DNA of 62,864 bases, the filler included, from Folioceros fuciformis (Eukaryota): the NCBI GenBank assembly GCA_049999805.1. It is 16 parts of 16 records of this genome, joined end to end, with 100 filler letters (N's around TTAATTAATTAA, not from the genome) between each part and the next. Parts side by side here need not be neighbours in the genome. Positions count along the whole stretch, not along the records: positions 36,217 to 40,436 come from JBNGIO010003865.1; positions 40,537 to 47,467 come from JBNGIO010003866.1; 14 more parts are not named here. One strand, given 5' to 3'. Under the pieces are notes generated by a model. The model worked only from the letters and a program-made list of their open reading frames with translations, did not search any database and was not told the origin of the DNA. Shown here one piece after another: positions 37,602-47,567 of this stretch; position 1 is the stretch's first letter, and each line of letters starts with the position of its first letter. Made by a program: the position numbers and the translations under genes.

Positions 37602-38340
37602 TGTGGAGTGATTTCCTGCACCCAAGAACCACCAAAGGACCACACCTCCCCTTATTGTCGTTGTAGTCTTATGATTCGCTCCCAAGGGAGTGAACTAGTG
37701 TCAAGGAACACCTACAGCTATCTACTCACACTTCTACCTATTAGCCGGTCTATAGGCCTGACCACACACACACAACAAAGAGGCCAGAAGCCTAGCCTAT
37801 CTTCAAATCAGCTCACACAACTCACTTCAGATCTTCAGTCCTTCAGCTCTTCATGATTTCCACTTCAGTCCTTCCTTCTTCACTTCAGCCCTTCACCCTT
37901 CACTTCAGCACACACTCCTGCACCTCAGCAACTCACTCTTCACTTATATGCACTTCACTCCAACTCTTCCTCTCTTTGCTTCAGCTATCCCCTGGAAATT
38001 GGGACACAACAGCTTCACTCCTTGCAACCTTCAAGCATAGTGTGGATACTAGGACTAGATAGCCCTCCTAGCTCACGGTCCTGTCACTTCACTTCAGTCA
38101 GCCTGCGAATCATTCAGCCCTTGCAGATCCGGCCACACGGATCTTGGTAGTCTTGGGATCCTCCACGTTCCCCTAGTGGCAAGGGAAATCAGGACCTTGG
38201 TTCAGTCTCAACCGGCTCAGCGCCCTAAGCCAAGAGTTCTGGACACAAGGTCCAGAGAAATCGCACCGTAGACAGCCCCCTCTCAGTGGCAGGTCTCCCC
38301 TCTTATACTGCCTACCCTCTATCTCTGTCTACTAGGGTTA
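37602..38340 (-). mobile_element. Athila-type LTR, U5 side (far boundary uncertain)
   Basis: Aligns with 17184-17536 (TGTGGAGTG..TGCACC.AAGAACCACCA..CCACACCTCCCC..TTCGCTCCCAAGGGAGTGAAC.AGTGTCAAGG). Confidence 0.8.
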
Positions 38341-38344
38341 ACCT

Positions 38345-38620
38345 GAATCAATTACCCCACCTCCTCTCTCTGACCTAACCAAGTTCTGACCTAAAACTGA
38401 CCTAGGTATGACCTAACCTAACCTAATCTAGGTCTGACCTAACCTGGATCTGACCTAAACCTAACCCATATCTAACCTAAGTCTAACCCAGACCTAACCT
38501 AGGTTTGACCTAAACCTAACCTAGACCTAACCTAAGTCTAATCCAGACCTAACCTAACCTAGGTCTGACCTAAACCTAACCTAGACCTAACCTAACCTAG
38601 AATCCTAACTCTAACCTACC
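38345..38620. repeat. Degenerate (CCTAA/ACCTAG)n array
   Basis: Dense ACCTAACCTAACCTAG/GACCTAA units. Confidence 0.85.
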
Positions 38621-40582
38621 CTTGCTTCTAATTGCCCATTGCCCCATGACACCGTTAGCTGCCCACAATTATCAACCCCTCACATCTAGCAAAAATCAGG
38701 GGTGCCTCTCAACATCCCTCTCCTCTCCGAGGTCAGATCATCTCCACTCTTCTGATTATCCTGCCTTCTTCCCCAAAGTCTCCCATCTTCAGGTCCTTCC
38801 CTCCATCCTGCTGGCCACGGCTGGCCAAGACTCCTGGCCTTGCAACTTGCCCACCAAGCAATCCTGAATAAGGAATCCGCCCTCCTATCAACATAACCAC
38901 CATTGGGCTTCCCACCACGAGTAGCATACCTAGGCTAGGCCTTCGGCCTACAAGCAACCACGGTTGCTACTCATGGATGGAAAGCCAAGTGTCACTTATA
39001 TCCTTATCGGACCACCCTCCAAGCTGCTAGACAGGTCTGCTGGACTGATGCCCTTGAGCGGATAACCCCAGGGTGTCGCATCTTGGCATGGCATACACCA
39101 TCCATCATCGCCGCAATTAGCATCCAGCCCTCGGCCTACGGTAGCGAGTCAGTTCCAACCCACTAACCGCGGATGGCAAGCCGTATGCTAATTGCAGCCA
39201 CTGGCTGCCATGGTACAGGGGATGTACTACCCTTGCCTTCGATGCTTGGGTGGGGCAGTCCACGCCCCCCCCCCCCAATGCCATCCCCACGCCCTAAGAT
39301 AGCTTGGCAGTAGCCTACAACCAGTGTTTCAATGTCAAGCTGTCATCCTTGGAGTGTCCCTCGGGACACTCCCCTGTCTTCCCCCTGGGCAGCCGCCTAC
39401 TCGGCTGTTACAAGGGGAAGACGCCTACTCGGTTGTTAGGCCTACTGGCTGTCCAACCAGCCATCTGGCCAGTCTTCGGCTGCTAGATCCGGTCGAGACC
39501 ATTCTGTCCAACTCGAAGGAACGACCATACAGAACCGCCGATGGGGTCAGTTGATCTGCACTGCACCTAGTTTGACCAGGATTTGGAACAAGCCGCTCTC
39601 CTTGGTTTGCAATGCACTAAGTGCAAGTCCGTCCGTGCCTGGGTGCTCTCGGATTCAACCGCTTATCCTCAGCCACCGCCTGGATTCGGCCAGCACGTCG
39701 TGACTCCCCTAGCTCTGCTTCCAGCCAAACTGCGACTATCCCAGCTGCTTGGTCTCCGGCTGATCGGGACTGGATCCAGTCAGCTAGCCTGGTTGCCGAG
39801 TCGCCTGCCGTTTTCTTGATTCAGCTAGCTGGCCAGCTGACCAGACTCGACTGGCCAGCCTACCTTTGCCTGGATCTGGCCAGGCGGCCAGCCCGTAGGC
39901 CGCCTACTGCCCACTTGCAATTGGAGCGGGCTAGGTTGCTAACCAAACTCCTCACCGCCATCTCCAGCCAACAACCCCCTTGTTCGGCCATCCGTCACGG
40001 CTCATCTCGGCTGCTCACGGCCGGGCTTTCGCCTGGCTAAGACAGCTAGCCAGGCGAGCCAAATAGAACGTACCTCTGGGAATTCCTGAATCATCTTGCA
40101 AACAGCCAAGACACCTTGGGTGGAATGTAGTTAAAGTTTCTAGTGTGTAACAGAAGGAGGTGATCAACAGGAAACCAAGACTAAAGGCCACAAGAGCAAG
40201 GAAAGAAAAAAAGCCCATTTTCGGATTACTTTCTTTGGTGTTAACTCAACTTTTTTTTCAATGCATTTGTGCAACTGCCCATCATCACTACAAAAGCTTT
40301 TTTAGCTTATTGTCACCTGAGCACCAACCAATCATCAAGATATCTTCTTATAGGGCCAGAACGCTTCTTCACGGCCTTTGCTTCTTGAATTATTTTCTGC
40401 CTCCGTATCTAATCCCGCCACCCCCCTCTTTTAGGGNNNNNNNNNNNNNNNNNNNNNNNNNNNNNNNNNNNNNNNNNNNNTTAATTAATTAANNNNNNNN
40501 NNNNNNNNNNNNNNNNNNNNNNNNNNNNNNNNNNNNTTTTTCAACCAAAACAAACTACTACCCCAAACTTTGGAGGTTCACA

Positions 40583-43500
40583 CCCATCAATAGGTAGGCA
40601 CCATTCCTTCACTTGGAAGGGGCCCAGTACCTCCCCTACCGATTTCTACCTTCCAATCCCATTCCTACCAATCCTGCAACACGTCCCGTCAGTAGGTAGG
40701 CACCATTCCTTTACTTGGAAGGACCGTAGTACCTCCCCTATCGATTTCTACCTCCCTATACTCAATACCTTTTCCTCACAAGGCTCCCTACAACACCTTC
40801 CTCTACTCACAATCTACCTGCTCGTCTCCCTATGCCCAGCGACCCACAAGTTTTCCTCCGAGCCTACCCCGCACTCTTCCAACTCTGTTTATCGTTCCCC
40901 TACGACATTCAACCTTTCCCACATACCTTCAACACGTCCAGTTAGTAGGAAGGCACCATTTCTTCACTTGGAAGGGCCCCAGTACCTCCCCCTACCAACT
41001 TCCAACTACCTACACCCTACACCTTTCCCCACAAGTCTCCTCACAACACCTTCTACACAATTCAACTCTGTGTTTCCCTACGTTCAAGACTCCCAACTAG
41101 ACATCACAAGAACCTTTGCGATCGGCAATAGAAAGGGCACTCGCAGCTCCCCCTTCCGCCAGAATGTCCACGCAGGCTTACGAAAATTGGTTCTCTATTC
41201 GTCACGAAACACTTACAATCAAAAAACGGGGGCCTCGACTCAAGTTCTTCGTTCTACTTATATAGGATGGCAGACGGCTTCCTACCTACCACTAGCCGCG
41301 GCCAGCTTTAACTACGCACACCTACCAAGAGGCTAAGACCTACCAATAGTTGCTAAGGCAGTGCGCAGCGATGAAGATTAGAACTGTAAGTGCCGCCATA
41401 GAAGATTCGTTGACCCCCTTTTCAAACAAGTATGGCTAGGATGGCTCCTGAAGGGAGGCAAAGTCTGAAAGCTGAGCCACTGGGCCCCCCTCCATTATTG
41501 GGATTCGTCGTCTTTTGGATCCACGAGCTTCCACCGTACCTTCCTCTATGTGGATCTCTTGGGCTATCCCTTCACCACCACCTAGAAGTTTGGCAGGGGA
41601 GGGATCCCTTTGTTCCTCAACTTGAGGCTCCTTCCCTACGTAGGGTGGGAATGCTCCCTCCGTAGGTAAGGTACCTGTTGCTCCCTCCGTAGGTAGGGTA
41701 CCTGTTGCTCCCTCCGNNNNNNNNNNGCTCCCTCCGTAGGTAGGGTACCTGTTGCTCCCTCCGTAGGTAGGGTCCCTACCATTCCTTCCCCTCCTCTCGT
41801 AAGTAGGTTCCCTACGGGAGTAGGTCCTCTTTGTTGCGTGTTCTTCTTGGCCCATAGCAGCTCCTCAGGTTCCCATTTCGAGCTCTCTAGGTCCATACTG
41901 CTGTCCTCTTGAAAGTCTGTTGGTAGGGGCACTTCCTCCAGGGACTCATGGTCGTCATCATGTGGCCCAAGATACCATCGCCTTGCCAATGCTGCCAGTT
42001 CCTTGTGATGAGCAAGTAGACGTTGGCGTAGGTGGAGGTTGCGATTTTGTTGAGCTAGATCTATGGTATCTATGTCAACAACCCAATCCCCACCCTCGCA
42101 GCTACTCTTGTAGATATCCCATTCAGCCTTCATCGCCCCTACCTTCAACTGTAGGTCAAGGTTTTCTTGATGAGTTGCATGAAGCTTGGTCATGCACCCC
42201 GTCAAGTAGGCATAGTCAGCACTAAACCTACAAGCTCGAACCACTAGCATCCTATGAATCTTGGTTTGGTGCTCAGCTTCTTGTTGTGCTTTCTCCTGCA
42301 GAAGGTCTTCTAATTGGATGGTCAATTGTTCCCTCTCCACTCGCTCTCGTTGCCCTGCTTCAAGGTGTTGCTGGAGTTCCTGGTTCGCTTTAGCATTCTG
42401 TGCCTCCAACTCATCTAGCTTGCCTTGTAAATCCTTTGCAAGGTAGACTTGTTCCCGTAGTTGTTCCTCCACAACCTTCCTAGTTTCCTCAAACTGGGCA
42501 AGGTCCCTTCGACATGCAATGATCTCATGTAATAGACCTTGTTGGGAAGTCTGCAACGTGGTCACCTGCTGGGTCAACTTCTCCAGTCCTTGCCTTTGCT
42601 CACCATCCTTAAGGAGATATTGTCCTTGCTCTTTTTCCAATTCCTGCACTTTGGATTCTAGTCGTGCCTGGTTTGCATCCCGACTTATGTCCTTCTGTAG
42701 TAGGGCTGCAATCATTGCATGGGCCTCTCCTCAATTGATGTTTTGTAGCTGTTGGCCACACCGAATGATGTTGCTCCACACTCCCAACGAAGTGTCGTTA
42801 CCTTGGCTTGTGGTGTGTGCTCCTCGGGCTACCTCCCAATTTATTGGGCTCCTTCTCCCCAAATCTGGTGCTCCACTCTATGCTTGCACTACTGGTGTCA
42901 TCACCAAATCCCCTATTGCTATCAACTATTGGTTGGCTTGGTCCAGGATCCCTCACTCTCCATCTTAGTTGGGGTGGAATCTAGGGCTGCGGGGGTGGTG
43001 ACTAATGGTAGCCTTCGGTTTTTTTTGCTTCTCCCTGGGTCTCCGTATCAACGGGGTGTCATCTTCATCAAACTCATCATAGGCTGCCCTGGCTGATTCG
43101 GAATCAAGTGGGAACTCCTCATCCGTAAGAGGGGTCGACACTCCACCGGAAAGAAAAGCCTCCCCTTGCAACAGGACAACTACAAAAGGTTGTTTTGCCT
43201 CCTCCAACTCTCTTGTGTTAACAACCCTTATGTCTTCCATAAGTGCACCAAGTAAGTCGAGAGTTAGCAGGGACGTGCACTCCCCTCCTCCTACTGTTTG
43301 GCTTGAGCAACTTCTCCCAGTGGTAGGTATACGCCTAATACATAATGAACCCCCAGTTTAGCTTTGCTCCTTGAGTCACTCTCCAAAGGAAGTGGAGGAA
43401 AGCATTGCTGAAATATGAGGTGCGTTGATAGTTCACCAATCCAAGAACCACCTTAGTGAACAACCACCATTTGAGCTCCTTCATCCTCTCAGTCCTCCAC

Positions 43501-44587
43501 CCGTTCTTGGTTCTTGCTAGCTCCCCTTCCAACAGCAATTCTAGTGCCACAGATGGTAGGGTGGTGCTGGGTGACCTCCGCCCATCTATGGTTTTATCCA
43601 GGATCCCAATACCATCGCTCTCCTCTTCCAACCTACTGTACACCTGTCGGATGCTCCGAACAATCCAACACCGAGGGTCAGTCCTCGTGTTTCGTTCAGG
43701 TAGGGCTTCCAACTCCTCCTTCGATTGCTGAAGGTTGGTATAGCACTCCTTCACCAAGCCTTCATGAACATACGACCAATGTCTGCCATATATCCAGTCA
43801 AGCTGGATGTTTGTGTCACATGCCCAAGTCCATAGGTCTATCAAATCCCTTGAGTTGAATTGGCCCCTAAAGTAGGAAAAGGACGGAACATTGGTTCGGG
43901 GAGAGCTGGCTGCCCTCGTGGGCCGTCCTCTACTGCCGGAACCCACCTGAGTGTTATTGGAGGTTCGCGCCATAGTTGATGGAACAAAACCCCACGAACG
44001 TCGATTGCCCTCCTTTACACAAGTTTATACCCCTACCTCCGTAGGCAACTGCTCCCAGCTTCTATCTAGCTGATTTCACGTCCCCTGCACCGTTCCTCCC
44101 TATGGCTCTCACCACAGCAAAGCCCTTTCTCTCGCTCTGAGTCCACTTGGTCACAACAAGTAGGTCCCCGGCGTAGGTGTCTCGTCACACAGCTTCTTCT
44201 TTGTTCCCCGCTATGTAGGTAGATGTAGTTCCCTACGTGGAGGTGAGCACCCTTCATTGATGGGACACCTTAGGTAGGGACCCCTTTAAATACCCTCTTG
44301 TCGTAGGTATACTTCTATATATAGTAACTGCCCTTAATAGATACCTGTAAGTAGCTTGCCCTTTACAACTATATTTCTTATTTAGGTACTACCTCCCACA
44401 TAGATATCCTCCCTACGTGGGCTTACCTCCCTATAGATAACCATCCCAAAGAAGGTAACTTCTTTACAATACTACCCCTTATTATTGCCACTCATCTAAC
44501 CTACCAAACCAAGACCAAACAAAACTAAAAATGTTATTAGCCGCTCCCTACCTACTGTGGGTACTTGCCAAAAACCCGCATTCCACA
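40583..44587 (-). mobile_element. Athila-related ~4.2-kb unit (family B) with accessory ORFs 43335-43973, 42965-43240 and 41636-42715
   Basis: Begins TGTGGAATGCGGG at 44587 on the minus strand, with TATAAA at 44029-24 before ATG 43973. The 3' part is colinear with 9374-10268. A TGTGAACC-family LTR (40537-40582) interrupts it. Confidence 0.78.
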
Positions 44588-45496
44588 CCCTCTGTAGATG
44601 AAGAGTTAGCTCTAGCAAGTGACCAGTTTAATGTGGTCGAACTAGAGTTTTTCGATATTGTTGATTTTCCCTCTGTTGATTTTGACCCTGATCTTTCTGA
44701 TCAGCCTTCTTCCTTCCCACCTGGTCCAATAGCTCCTATTGGTCCAGATACTTCAGATGCTAAGCCAGAAGACGATCTATCTAATCATCAGCTTCAGCCA
44801 GAGCCAGAGCCTCGTCCAGAGTCCGAGCTCGCTGTTGATGATCTTGTCGAGTATACTTTTCCTGTCCCTGAGCCCTGTCCTCGAGTTCCTCGACGTTCCA
44901 CTGGTCTTCATCGTGGACGTGACCAGTGGCTGGAGACGCCTTATCAGGCTGAAGACTGGAGGACTCAACGGGACATGGTTACACCTGTTTCTCAGTCAGT
45001 GGGAGCTGATCACGAACCTCAACCTGTTCATGAGCTTGTCCAGCTGACTGTGCAGCCAGGCTATGAACCACAATCTTATCAGGAGGCTGTCACTGGTCCT
45101 GAATCTCAGCACTGGAAAGCTGCTATTACCTCCGAGTATGAATCCCTTCTTCATAATCACACTTGGGAGCTCTGTCCCCGCCTAAGGGGAGGAAGATCGT
45201 CAGCAGCAAGTGGGTCTTTAAACTCAAGTATAAGGTTGACGGAACTATAGCGAGGTACAAAGCTCGCCTTGTTGCCAGAGGACTCTCTCAAGTGCCGGGG
45301 TTAGATTATCATGACACTTTCTCTCCGGTTGTCAAAGCACAATCTCTACACGTCCTGTTTTCTATGTCAGCATTCTACAACCTGTTTATCCATTAAATGG
45401 ATGTTAAGACTGCGTTCTTACATGGTAAACTGGAAGAACTGGGTCTGTAAGTTGTTGAAAACAATCTATGGCCTCAAGCAATCACCTAGGGCCTGG
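44588..45496 (+). mobile_element. Ty1/copia integrase-RT linker and RT fragment, frameshifted
   Basis: EPQSYQEAV..WKAAITSEYESLLHNHTWEL, KWVFKLK..RYKARLVARG and IYGLKQSPRAW, which ends at an LTR insertion. Confidence 0.9.
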
Positions 45497-45969
45497 TGTG
45501 AACCTCCAAAGTTTGGGGTAGTAGTTTGTTTTGGTTGAAAAAGGGTTAATAGTGGTATGGTTTGGTTTTCTTTTTCTACTTCTTTTTCCTAATTTTTCTT
45601 TATTTTATGGTCATTTTTCCTATTTCTCTTTGTGCTAATTAGGTTAATTGACTAGGAAATAGTTGGTTTGGTTATTAAAGTGGGTATAGGTCTGGTCCTA
45701 GACCTGGGAAAGTTTAGGTCCGGTACCGGGCCATAGGGTTGGGAAAGTTTGAGTCTAGGTCTGGTGATTAGTTTAATATTAACCAAATATATAATATTAA
45801 ATAATTAAATAATAATAGAATAATATAAAATAAGTAAAATAAAAAATAATGGTCTGAACATAGGAACGGGAATATGTGGGGTATGCCAGTGTCAGGGGTC
45901 AGGGTCTAACGTTAGGCTGGCTGATTGCCTGGCAGGCCTGAACGGTCATGGAGGCCATGCCGTAGCTAG
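45497..45969 (+). mobile_element. TGTGAACCTCC-family LTR inserted in the copia RT
   Basis: Homologous to 33356-33720; interrupts the RT immediately after SPRAW. Confidence 0.82.
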
Positions 45970-47467
45970 TGTTAGAAATCAAGCTCTAACTGAATTGTTA
46001 TTAAGAGCATACAACACTTAGGATAGTCTAGATTATCCCATATTAAACTCGTAGTTATCTATCACCTAAGTGTTATCAGGATATACAAGGATATTCCACC
46101 CTCGAGACTAAGGCTTACCTTATCGAGGGTTGCCCCGCCCGAAGGCTATATATGTAGCATCCTGTGCACCATAAGTAAGGAACTGTGGAGTCCTTCTAGG
46201 CCTGTGGTGCTATTTCAACATGGTATTAGAGCCAGAGAGAGTGCTGGTGCCGCCGGTGGCTATGGCGGGGGTTTGAGGCTATGGTCATGAGCGTGAAGGT
46301 GGCTGGCAACGCAAGCCATTGAGAGGCGCAGGAGGCGCAACGGCGTAGGCGGCGTATGAAGCCGCAATAGGCGCTACAGGCGCAAGAGCGCGCGAGAGGC
46401 GCGAGAGGGAGAGATACTCAGGAGGAGCAGCAACTACTGGAGGCAACCAGGCCGTGGAAGCCACAGCAGGCCCAGGATTTGCAAGGAGGAAGGCCTGAAC
46501 TTGGCAAACAGTGTTTTTTTTTTTTTTGGAAGCTTGAGCAAAGGCTGTTTTTGCTTAGCGAAGAGTCAGCTGCACATTCAGGAATTGTTAAGATTTGATT
46601 GAGGCTTGTGGAGTGCTGGAGCTCTACAGCAATGCAGGGAGTTGCAGGGATAAGTGTTGGTGCGTAAAGGAGCCTGAATCATGGCTAATTTGCAGGGATC
46701 AGACAATATCTCTCAGGTCGTGGGAGAGAAGTTGGATAACAAGAATTTTGCTTTGTGGAAGTTCAGGATGAAGAACTTCTTGGTAGGTAGAGGCTATTGG
46801 GACCTCTGCACATGTGATGAGAGTGAACCAGAGATGGATCGTACTCCATCACAGGAGCAAAAGACTACTCACAAGCATTGGACTGAGAGAGCATGTAAAG
46901 TGTTACGCTGGCTCTCCTTAAGCATTTCAGATACTATGGTCATACAGATCACGGGATGTGAGTCTCCAAAGGATGCATGGGATATACTCATGAGGAACTA
47001 TGGAAATGTCACACATGCTAGGAAAATCCAGTTGAAGCAGCAGTTCAACAACTTGTCACGAGGTAGCAGATCCATACTCATGTATACAACAGAGGTGAAG
47101 ACCATAGCTGATCAGCTTGCTACAATCGGGCAAGTGTGACGGAAGATGACATGGTTGCAGTTACTCTGAACGGACTTGGCAAGGAGTACAAGTCCTTTGA
47201 CACATCAATCTCTGTGAGAGTTGAGTTCCCAAGTTGGGATGAATTGGTTGCTTTGTTGCTGCATGAGGAAGTTAAGCTTGGTCTGAACACAGGTTCAGGT
47301 ATATCTCAAGGGAGAGACACTGTTTTGTTTTCTAACCAGCGTGGGAGAGGTCACAGAGGTCGTGGTTCATTCCGAGGACGGGGTGATGCTCGGAACACGC
47401 AGAATCAGCAAGACAATTGGCGTGGAGGAAATGCGCAAGGCCAGAGAGAATCTAGAAGTTTTAGAGG
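45970..47467 (+). mobile_element. Ty1/copia 5' LTR (45970-46220), PBS (46221-46232) and gag (46681 onward, frameshifted)
   Basis: TGTTAG...TCAACA, then TGGTATTAGAGC. Gag reads EKLDNKNFALWKFRMKNFLVGRGYW. The LTR is homologous to 55790-56050. Confidence 0.93.
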
Positions 47468-47567
47468 NNNNNNNNNNNNNNNNNNNNNNNNNNNNNNNNN
47501 NNNNNNNNNNNTTAATTAATTAANNNNNNNNNNNNNNNNNNNNNNNNNNNNNNNNNNNNNNNNNNNN

